Of a DNA stretch of 64,000 bases, positions 56,716-64,000 are shown piece after piece. Numbering within the stretch: position 1 is the first letter of the stretch; each line of letters opens with the position of its first letter. Source of the DNA: an uncultured Planctomycetaceae bacterium (lineage in GTDB: Bacteria > Planctomycetota > Planctomycetia > Pirellulales > PNKZ01); the NCBI GenBank assembly GCA_964652155.1, contig CAZZBK010000010.1:3863-67862 (forward strand), in the 5' to 3' direction. The position numbers and the translations under genes are program-made. Under the pieces are notes generated by a model, which was given only the letters and a program-made list of their open reading frames with translations, made no database searches and was not told the origin of the DNA.

Positions 56716-57768
56716 ATGCAAAGTCCATTTCTGATGACGACCTGTCAGGTCGGCGCCGAGCAGGCATTGAAAAATGAACTCGCGCAGGAATTGCCCGCCG
56801 CCCATCTGGCCTTTTCGCGGCCGGGTTTCGTGACGTTCAAGCTCCCCTCGGGCGTGGCCTGGCCCGAGCACTTTACCTGGGACTCGATTTTTGCCCGGTG
56901 GTACGGCTGGTCGCTGGGCAAGGTCAAGGGGGCGGGGGTCGAGGCACTGGCTGACGCCGTGGCCGCGCTCATCACGCCCCCCCTGTCATTCGAGCAATTG
57001 CACGTGTTTCCGCGCGATCGTTACGAGCCGGGAGATCACCGTTTCGAGCCGGGGCTCACTAGCGAAAGCGCCACGGCCGCCGCGGTCTTGCGAGCGCGGC
57101 TCGGCAGCGTGCTCGGCGGCGATCATATCGCTCCGCCCGCTCGACTGGGGCAGAGTGTTCTCGATGTGGTCATGGTCGAAGACGATGAGTGGTGGCTGGG
57201 GACGCATCGAGCCAGCCGACATAGCTCCCCGTGGGCCGGCGGATTGCGGGTGCTCACGTTGCCGCCGCATGCCGTGTCGCGCGCGTACCTCAAGGCGGTC
57301 GAGGGACTCGAGTGGTCGCGGCTACCGATCGCCGCCGGACAAACGGCTGCCGAGATCGGGTGTGCTCCGGGGGGCGCCAGCCAAGTGCTGCTGGAGCGCG
57401 GCTTGAAAGTGATTGGCATCGACCCGGCCCTGATCGAGCCTGTCGTCGCCGAGCATCCGAACTTCGTGCATCTCCGCAAGCGGGGGCATGAAGTGCGGCG
57501 GCAGGAATTTCGCGGCGTGCATTGGTTGCTGGCCGACTTGAATGTCGCGCCGAACTATACGCTCGATACGCTCGAAGGGATCGTCACCCACCCAAGTGTT
57601 CATATTCGCGGCATGCTGCTGACGCTCAAAATGCTGCAATGGTCATTGGCGGACGAGATCCCCGCGTATCTGGAGCGAATTCGCTCCTGGGGATTCGCCT
57701 CCGTTCGGGCCAAGCAATTGCAGACGAACCGCTCCGAGGTGTGCGTGACCGCCGAGCGTGCGGGGTAG
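56716..57768 (+). CDS. RlmM-like (FtsJ-type) SAM-dependent RNA 2'-O-methyltransferase
   Basis: Pattern parallels E. coli RlmM as I recall it: FARWYG, VSRAYLKAVEG, SAM motif EIGCAPGGAS, WLLADLNVAP, TLKML, AKQLQTNRSEVCV. Confidence 0.6.
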   Translation: MQSPFLMTTCQVGAEQALKNELAQELPAAHLAFSRPGFVTFKLPSGVAWPEHFTWDSIFARWYGWSLGKVKGAGVEALADAVAALITPPLSFEQLHVFPRDRYEPGDHRFEPGLTSESATAAAVLRARLGSVLGGDHIAPPARLGQSVLDVVMVEDDEWWLGTHRASRHSSPWAGGLRVLTLPPHAVSRAYLKAVEGLEWSRLPIAAGQTAAEIGCAPGGASQVLLERGLKVIGIDPALIEPVVAEHPNFVHLRKRGHEVRRQEFRGVHWLLADLNVAPNYTLDTLEGIVTHPSVHIRGMLLTLKMLQWSLADEIPAYLERIRSWGFASVRAKQLQTNRSEVCVTAERAG

Positions 57769-57847
57769 TTGCAGGCGGATTTGCGAAGCGCCTCGCACGG
57801 CGGTAGCGTTGTTCACGGTATCGAGCATTGTCGCCAGGGATTCGATC

Positions 57848-59815
57848 ATGCGATTCATCATTCTCGCTTTGAGCGTGCTGAGCTTGATCCGCTCAGTAAA
57901 CGCCGCTGAACTGACTCGCTTGGCGTACAATCATCCGGGACTGGTGGTTGATCTGGGGGTGGGACTATGGGCCTGGCCGGTGCCGTGTGACGCCGACGGC
58001 GATGGCGACTACGATCTGATTGTCTCGTGCCCCGACAAGCCCTCGAATGGCATTTGGCTGTTTGAGAACATGAGCGGCGACACGTCGCGGCACAAGCAGC
58101 CGGTCTTTAAGGCGGCGCGGCGACTGAGCGCGGCGGTTCATTATGTGATGCCCAGCTATGTCGACGGCAAGTTGCGTGTCTTGACCCCCGGCTATGAGTA
58201 CCGCGACTTCGAGCATCAAGGGCTCGCCGAGCGTGAGGCACTCAGCGTGAACGCGAATTTTTATGTGCCGCAGGGGAAGCAGCCCAAGGGCCCCAAGGTG
58301 CGGCACCGACAGTGGCGCTATGTCGATTACGACGGCGATGGGCGACTCGACCTGATCACGGGCATCGAGGATTGGAGCGACTACGGCTGGGACGACGCTT
58401 GGAATGCGCGGGGCGAATGGACCAACGGCTCGCTGCATGGCTTCGTGCTGCTGCATTGCAATCGAGGCTCGAACGAGTCGCCCGAGTATGCCGAGCCGAT
58501 CAAGCTGACCGCGGCCGGTCAACCGATCGACGTCTACGGTTGCCCATCGCCGAATTTCTCCGATTGGGACCATGACGGCGATCTCGATTTGCTCTGCGGC
58601 GAGTTTCTCGACGGTTTTACTTATTTTGAGAACATCGGCACACGCATCGCGCCCAATTACGCAGCGCCCCGACGATTAACGCTCCGCGATGGACGACCGC
58701 TGGCGATGGATTTGGAGATGATTGTCCCCATCGCGTTCGATTGGGACCGAGACGGCGATGACGATTTGATCGTCGGCGACGAAGATGGTCGGGTTGCGTT
58801 CATCGAGAATACCGGTCGACTGTCGTCACGGCGGAATCCGGAGTTCCTTGCACCGTGCTATTTTCAGCAAGAGGCCGACACGCTCAAGTGCGGTGCGCTG
58901 GCCACGCCGTTCGGCGTCGACTGGGACGGCGACGGCGACACGGACATTGTGAGCGGCAACACGGCCGGCACAATCGAGTGGTTCGAGAACCTGAGCGGGC
59001 CACGAGTCGCTGAGCCGAAATGGTCGGCCGCGCGGCGACTCACGATCGACGGCCAGCCGTTTCGCGTGATGGCGGGCCCGAATGGCAGCATCCAAGGACC
59101 GGCCGAGGCCAAGTGGGGTTATACGACGATCCATGTCGCCGATTGGGACCATGACGGGCGGCTCGATATCGTGTTCAACTCGATCTGGGGACGCGTGCAA
59201 TGGCTGCGAAACGTCGGCACGCGCACGGCACCCAAGCTGGCTGCGCCACAACCGATCGAGGTCGAGGGGGGAGCCGACGCCCGCACGCAACTCATCAAGC
59301 CGCAGTGGACCTGGTGGACGCCGCAAGGCCATGAGCTTGTGACGCAATGGCGCACCACGCCCGTGGCGCACGACTTCACGGGCGACGGTCTGCTCGACTT
59401 GGCGATGCTCGACCCTCAGGGGTATTTGTCGCTTTACGAACGGTCTCGTCGCGGCGACACGCTCGTCGTGCTACCACCGCAGCGCGTGTTTGGCGATCAG
59501 GCGGGCGAAGCGTGGCGGCTCAATGCACGCACGGCTGGCGGGAGTGGTCGGCGCAAGCTGTGTGTCGTCGATTGGGATGGCGATGGTCAGCTCGACTGGC
59601 TGCTGAATTCGTCGAACGCCGATTTGTATCGCGGGCTGGGTAAGTTCGACGGGCGATGGCGTTTCGAGCGGGCCGGCTCGCTGGCGGCTCAGAATATCGA
59701 AGGGCACGATGTGAGTCCGACCGTGGTCGACTTCGACGGTGATGGGGTGAGCGACTTTTTAGGAGGCGCCGAGGATGGTCGCTTCTACTACCTGAGGAAT
59801 CCGCGTGCGAAGTAA
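57848..59815 (+). CDS. secreted FG-GAP/VCBS repeat beta-propeller protein
   Basis: Signal MRFIILALSVLSLIRSVNA. At least nine repeats of the D(W/Y/F)D(G/H/R)DG(D/R)xDL type (e.g. VDWDGDGDTDIVSGN, ADWDHDGRLDIVFN). Confidence 0.8.
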   Translation: MRFIILALSVLSLIRSVNAAELTRLAYNHPGLVVDLGVGLWAWPVPCDADGDGDYDLIVSCPDKPSNGIWLFENMSGDTSRHKQPVFKAARRLSAAVHYVMPSYVDGKLRVLTPGYEYRDFEHQGLAEREALSVNANFYVPQGKQPKGPKVRHRQWRYVDYDGDGRLDLITGIEDWSDYGWDDAWNARGEWTNGSLHGFVLLHCNRGSNESPEYAEPIKLTAAGQPIDVYGCPSPNFSDWDHDGDLDLLCGEFLDGFTYFENIGTRIAPNYAAPRRLTLRDGRPLAMDLEMIVPIAFDWDRDGDDDLIVGDEDGRVAFIENTGRLSSRRNPEFLAPCYFQQEADTLKCGALATPFGVDWDGDGDTDIVSGNTAGTIEWFENLSGPRVAEPKWSAARRLTIDGQPFRVMAGPNGSIQGPAEAKWGYTTIHVADWDHDGRLDIVFNSIWGRVQWLRNVGTRTAPKLAAPQPIEVEGGADARTQLIKPQWTWWTPQGHELVTQWRTTPVAHDFTGDGLLDLAMLDPQGYLSLYERSRRGDTLVVLPPQRVFGDQAGEAWRLNARTAGGSGRRKLCVVDWDGDGQLDWLLNSSNADLYRGLGKFDGRWRFERAGSLAAQNIEGHDVSPTVVDFDGDGVSDFLGGAEDGRFYYLRNPRAK

Positions 59816-59818
59816 GCT

Positions 59819-60637
59819 TCACAAAGCTCGACGAGCCCGGTGCGCCATGACCAGCGGCAGCATGCGACGCGCCTGATTGGTGATCAGGCCATCGAGTCCG
59901 GCGGAGAGCAATTCGTCGGCCCGGTCGGGTTCGTCGACGGTCCAGGCCCAGGCTTGCAGGCCGCGAGCATGGATCACGCGAATGTCGTCGGCCAAGAGCG
60001 GCTCTTGTTCCCAACCGATGACGGCCGCTCGCAGGGCTTGGGCCACGTCGAGGGCCTCGGTCGTGAGCGGGCCATGTCCGAGCAGGCCGAGTGTCAGCGT
60101 CGGCGCGAGCCGCCGCAACTCGGCGAGGAAGTGAGCGTCGAAAGCCTGCACGATCACGCGAGACTGAGCGTGCTGTTGCGTGAGCACGTCGACCAAAGTT
60201 TCTGCGTCGCCGGCCTTGCGCTCGATCATGATGCCGACGTGTTGGGGCGTGCGCTGCAAGACCTCGGCGAGCGACGAGAGTCGGGTTCCCTGGAATTGCG
60301 GTGCGAACCACGCTCCCGCATCGAGCTGTTGCAACTCGGACCAGGTCTTCCAGGCGATCGGTGTGCCGTGGGGAGTTGCCCCCCAGCGTGTGGCAGCATC
60401 GGTGGTGCGATCCAGCAGCAGATCGTGAAACACGACGCTCACGCCGTCGGCGCTATGCACGTAGTCGAGTTCGATGAAATGGCAACCGAGGTGGACTGCC
60501 GCGAGAAATGCGGGGAGCGTATTCTCGGGGGCCTCGCTGCTCAGTCCGCGATGCGCGACGAGCAGCGGGTACTGGACCTCGCTCCACGAAAAGCTCGGAA
60601 TCGATGAACCGCTCGGTCTGAATTCAGCATTCATCAT
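59819..60637 (-). CDS. glycerophosphodiester phosphodiesterase family protein
   Basis: LVAHRGLSSEAPENTLPAF...IELDYVHSADGVSVVFHD GDPD motifs. Confidence 0.85.
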   Translation of the reverse strand: MMNAEFRPSGSSIPSFSWSEVQYPLLVAHRGLSSEAPENTLPAFLAAVHLGCHFIELDYVHSADGVSVVFHDLLLDRTTDAATRWGATPHGTPIAWKTWSELQQLDAGAWFAPQFQGTRLSSLAEVLQRTPQHVGIMIERKAGDAETLVDVLTQQHAQSRVIVQAFDAHFLAELRRLAPTLTLGLLGHGPLTTEALDVAQALRAAVIGWEQEPLLADDIRVIHARGLQAWAWTVDEPDRADELLSAGLDGLITNQARRMLPLVMAHRARRAL

Positions 60638-60655
60638 TCCGCATTCAGCATTTCG

Positions 60656-61216
60656 TTAGTTATCCATCACCTCGGACTCTTTGGCCCGGGCAAGATCGTT
60701 GACCTTGTTCTCGAATTTCTTGGTCAACTCTTGGACCTCTTCTTGGACCCCTTCGGCGTCGTCCTCGGTGAGGATGCCGTCCTTTTCTTCGACTTCAGCC
60801 GCTTTGTTGCCTTCGCGGCGGACATTGCGAATTGAGACGCGCGTCTCTTCCGCGAGGTCCTTGATGCGCGCGACCAGTTTTTTGCGGACTTCGCCGGTCA
60901 GCGGCGGCACGATGAGCCGCAGCAGCTTGCCGTCGTTGAGGGGGTTAAAGCCCAGGCCGCTGGCTTGAATGGCCTTCTCGATGTCCTTGATCGTCGAGGG
61001 ATCGAACGGGCGAATGACGATCTGGGTGGGCTCGGGCGCACTGACGCTGGCCAAGCCCTTGATGGGCGTGAGGGCACCGTACACCTCGACCTTGAGCGAG
61101 TCGACCAGGCCGGGGTTGGCGCGGCCGGTGCGAATACCCGCGAGGCTGTGTTTGAGGTGGTCGACCGCTTTTTCCATGCGGTCTTCAACGTCCAAGAGAA
61201 TATCGTCCGCGCTCAT
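60656..61216 (-). CDS. frr: ribosome recycling factor
   Basis: 186 aa from MSADDILLDVEDRMEKAVDHLKHSLAGIRTGRANPGLVD. Canonical RRF. Conserved rpsB-tsf-pyrH-frr order. Confidence 0.93.
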   Translation of the reverse strand: MSADDILLDVEDRMEKAVDHLKHSLAGIRTGRANPGLVDSLKVEVYGALTPIKGLASVSAPEPTQIVIRPFDPSTIKDIEKAIQASGLGFNPLNDGKLLRLIVPPLTGEVRKKLVARIKDLAEETRVSIRNVRREGNKAAEVEEKDGILTEDDAEGVQEEVQELTKKFENKVNDLARAKESEVMDN

Positions 61217-61265
61217 GCTTGTGATGACCAAAAGGTGAGTGTGTCGAATTAACGTTGGTAGGGTT

Positions 61266-62015
61266 TTACTTTTGCAATGTGGCCGCAACCGTGCTGCTGA
61301 TCAGGGTGCCGATCCGTTCGCCGATGACAGCCCGTTCGAGGTTCCCTTCCTTGCGGTAGTTGAAGACCAGGATGGGCAAGTCGTGTTCCATGCACTGGGT
61401 GATCGCGGTCGAGTCCATCACGCGCAGATTCCGTTCGCGGATGTCGCTGTAGCTCAGTTCGGAGTAGAGCATGGCGTGCGGATTCTTTTCGGGGTCGTCG
61501 CTGTACACGCCATCGACCTTGGTGGCCTTGAGCAGCACATCGGCTTCGAGTTCGAGCGCTCGTTGCGCGGCGGCGGTGTCGGTGGTGACGAAAGGGCTGC
61601 CGGTGCCGCAGGCGAGAATGACCAGCCGGCCTTTCTCGAGGTGGCGCCGCGCGCGGCGGCGAATATACGGCTCGGCGACGCCATCCATGCGAATGGCCGT
61701 CGAGAGCCGCGTCTGACAGCCGAGCGATTCGAGCGCGTCTTGCAGCGCCAGGCCGTTGATCACCGTGGCCAGCATGCCCATGTAATGGGCGGTGGCCTCT
61801 TGGATGCTGGTGCTGGCCGAGGTGAACTGCGTGCCGCGGAGGATATTGCCGCCGCCGACCACAATCGCGATCTGGACACCATGCTGCGCGGCGCGACTAA
61901 TTTGGTTCGCGGTATGCACAACCGTGTCCATCGCGATGCCGCGCTCACCGGGTCGGCAAAAGCTTTCGCCCGACAACTTCAAGACCACACGCCGCACGGT
62001 CGTCGTCTGAGCCAT
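61266..62015 (-). CDS. pyrH: UMP kinase
   Basis: [10 protein letters not shown]...[11 protein letters not shown]...[19 protein letters not shown] motifs. Start at MAQTTT (62015). Confidence 0.93.
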   Translation of the reverse strand: MAQTTTVRRVVLKLSGESFCRPGERGIAMDTVVHTANQISRAAQHGVQIAIVVGGGNILRGTQFTSASTSIQEATAHYMGMLATVINGLALQDALESLGCQTRLSTAIRMDGVAEPYIRRRARRHLEKGRLVILACGTGSPFVTTDTAAAQRALELEADVLLKATKVDGVYSDDPEKNPHAMLYSELSYSDIRERNLRVMDSTAITQCMEHDLPILVFNYRKEGNLERAVIGERIGTLISSTVAATLQK

Positions 62016-62063
62016 CGCTGGGTTGCTCCACACAAAAGTTTACATCGTCATGGCTGGCAACGA

Positions 62064-62888
62064 CTAGGACTTGCCCAATCGCCAGTTTACAAACTTCTTG
62101 ATGGTCACGCCCGCCTTTTTGAGTACGTCGCCAACCGATTGGGTCTCGTCCTTGACGAACGGCTGGTCGAGTAGGACCTGCGCGGCGTAAAAGTTTCGCA
62201 TGCGGCCTTCGATCATTTTTTGGATGATGTTGTCCGGCTTGCCTTCCTTGCGAGCCTGATCGGTTTGGAACTCTTTTTCTTTGGCCACCGCGGCCGGGTC
62301 GAGGTCATTACGGCTGACGGCACTTGGGTTCTGAGCCACGATGTGCATGGCGATGTCGCGAACCGTGTTGGTGTCGCTCCCCTCGTACTGCAACAGTGCG
62401 GCCAGGTCGCCCGTGGCATGCACGTAGCCCACGCACGAGGCATCGATGCGGAGCATGCGGCCGACATTGAACACCTCGCGGATGCGGTTGAACATGTCAT
62501 CTTTTTGCTCGGCCAAGGTGCTTCCCGCGCGGCTTGGCGAGGCCTGTTTGAGCAGGTCGTCGGCGGTGGCCGCGCCGGGGCCCTTGGCCAACTGGGTCGC
62601 TAGGTCCTGGGCCAATTGACGCACGTCGGGACCACCGGCCACCGGCGCGCTTTCGCAGAGCAGTTCGACGATCGCGCCGACCTTGTCGTCGGCGTAGATG
62701 CCGATCCGGCCGAACTCGGTGTCGCGTCCCAGCCGGGTCTCTTGCACTTTCTTGTTCCGCTCGCGGAGCAGTCGGACTGCGGCGTCTTTGTCGCCGCCAC
62801 TCTCGGTGAGCGCCGCCTTGCAGTCCATCATCGGTTGGCCGGTCAGCTCGCGCAACTCCTTGACCAATGCCGCAGTAATTTCAGCCAT
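62064..62888 (-). CDS. tsf: translation elongation factor Ts
   Basis: MAEITAALVKELRELTGQPMMDCKAAL UBA-like N-terminus typical of EF-Ts. GGGAG RBS upstream. Confidence 0.93.
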   Translation of the reverse strand: MAEITAALVKELRELTGQPMMDCKAALTESGGDKDAAVRLLRERNKKVQETRLGRDTEFGRIGIYADDKVGAIVELLCESAPVAGGPDVRQLAQDLATQLAKGPGAATADDLLKQASPSRAGSTLAEQKDDMFNRIREVFNVGRMLRIDASCVGYVHATGDLAALLQYEGSDTNTVRDIAMHIVAQNPSAVSRNDLDPAAVAKEKEFQTDQARKEGKPDNIIQKMIEGRMRNFYAAQVLLDQPFVKDETQSVGDVLKKAGVTIKKFVNWRLGKS

Positions 62889-62919
62889 GTTGGTTCATCT
62901 CCCTCGATGTATGGTGGGT

Positions 62920-62952
62920 GTGCCCCCGCACGATCAGCCGCGTGCAGGGGGC
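62920..62952 (-). promoter_or_regulatory. rpsB-tsf intercistronic hairpin
   Basis: tgcccccgcacg / cgtgcagggggca: 12 bp with one bulged A and an 8-nt loop, located between the rpsB stop (63034) and the tsf start (62888). Confidence 0.5.
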
Positions 62953-63033
62953 AATATCGGTACCGCCCACGCGACCGCAGGCGGCAAAAATAGACACGCT
63001 GTGTAATACGCTGCGTAGCGAACGGTTGCCCGA

Positions 63034-63792
63034 CTACTCAGCATCCTTGTCGTAGCCCGCCGAGTAAGCGGCCATGCCGCTGGCGGCGCCCAATGTCATG
63101 GCACCTTCCGATCCACCCCCCTTGCCTTCGAGCACGGCGGTGGCCAGTTGTTGCATGATGATCTCGATCGAGCGAATGCTGTCGTCGTTGCCTGGAATCG
63201 GCAGATCGACCATATCCGGATCGCTGTCGGTATCGATCAGAGCGACCGTCGTGACGCCCAGCTTGCGGGCTTCGTTGATCGCGTTCTTTTCCTTCTTCGG
63301 ATCGACGACCACAAGACACTCGGGCACGCGGTTCAAGGTGCGAATGCCGTTCAAGTTGCGGTACATCTTGCGGTACTCACGACTGAGCGCCGACTGCATC
63401 TTCTTCGAGTAGGTGGCGATCTCGTTGGTGTTGCGCAACATCTCGAGCTCTTCGAGGCGAGCGAGACGACTGCGAATGGTGCGGAAGTTGGTCAGCGTGC
63501 CACCCAGCCAACGCTCCGTGACGAACGGCATGCCGCAGCGCGTGGCTTCGCGATCGACCGTCTCGGCCGCTTGACGCTTGGTGCCGACGAAGAGAATGAG
63601 CGAGCCGCCGGCGGCGACTTGCGACAGGTACTTGCGAGCCCGAATCAGGCCGCGAACCGTCTCGCGGACGTCGACGATGTGAATGAGATTGCGGCGTCCG
63701 TAGATATAAGGACGCATCTTGGGGTTCCACCGGCTGGCACGGTGACCGAAATGAACGCCGGCTTCAATGAGCTGCTTGACCAATGCGGACAC
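63034..63792 (-). CDS. rpsB: 30S ribosomal protein S2
   Basis: [19 protein letters not shown]...GGTLTNF...[20 protein letters not shown] motifs. GTG 63792 is preceded by GGAGAACTC. The track start 63828 adds 12 non-conserved residues. Confidence 0.93.
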   Translation of the reverse strand: MSALVKQLIEAGVHFGHRASRWNPKMRPYIYGRRNLIHIVDVRETVRGLIRARKYLSQVAAGGSLILFVGTKRQAAETVDREATRCGMPFVTERWLGGTLTNFRTIRSRLARLEELEMLRNTNEIATYSKKMQSALSREYRKMYRNLNGIRTLNRVPECLVVVDPKKEKNAINEARKLGVTTVALIDTDSDPDMVDLPIPGNDDSIRSIEIIMQQLATAVLEGKGGGSEGAMTLGAASGMAAYSAGYDKDAE

Positions 63793-64000
63793 GAGTTCTC
63801 CTTCAAGTTGACTAAGGCACACCGGCAATGGTCCCGCTCCGCCTCAATGTGAGGCAGAAATCGCGGGCGTCCGGCGTTGGGTTAACGCACGACGGTCAGG
63901 TTATGGGGCATGGTTGCCGCGAGAACTGGACCGTTCAGTCTCGCAAAGCACGGCATAGTAGCACCTTAGAGCCAAATCGTCAACCAGGGGGTGATGACCA

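Noticed and set aside
55339-56871. 510-aa minus-strand ORF across the end of the giant heme protein and the start of the RlmM-like gene
   Set aside because: It spans two supported genes on the other strand and has a low-complexity Arg/Gly/Pro-rich translation.
1-64000. Search for rRNA, tRNA, tmRNA, RNase P, SRP RNA, riboswitch cores and CRISPR arrays in all gaps longer than 100 bp
   Set aside because: I found no cloverleaf-compatible GTTCRANYC T-loop contexts, no conserved ncRNA core motifs, and no regularly spaced 25-40 nt direct repeats by eye. This cannot be excluded without tRNAscan-SE or Infernal.

Overview
High-GC bacterial chromosome segment. The gene content points to Planctomycetota, probably Pirellulales-like: PVC-type heme-binding 'membrane-bound dehydrogenase' proteins, Tat-exported Gfo/Idh/MocA oxidoreductases, FG-GAP/VCBS and PQQ-like propellers, and the H4MPT-pathway gene mch. 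I support about 47 protein genes. I saw no rRNA, tRNA or CRISPR. Most of the window is core: pyruvate carboxylase, aceE-aceF, thrC-like, proS, purU, and the rpsB-tsf-pyrH-frr cluster. The many long antisense ORFs in the track are high-GC shadow frames. The most unusual region is 35.5-47.5 kb. There, mch and a RimK/MptN-like ATP-grasp gene are translationally coupled to an OleC-like beta-lactone-synthetase-type adenylating enzyme. That enzyme carries an in-frame palindromic-element insertion. An AT-richer hicB-hicA cassette follows, joined by ATGA overlaps into an OleD-like reductase. Next come a low-GC orphan secreted-protein island and a compact operon: KAS I/II, ACP, two CrtI-like flavoenzymes and FabZ. 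I read this as a candidate pathway for an unusual unsaturated lipid, beta-lactone or olefin, which is inference only. Other notable items: a tandem pair of giant extracytoplasmic c-type heme proteins (one is PA14 + 5 CxxCH + propeller), several families of intergenic palindromic repeats, and a 17-bp direct duplication flanking a hairpin between two convergent genes.
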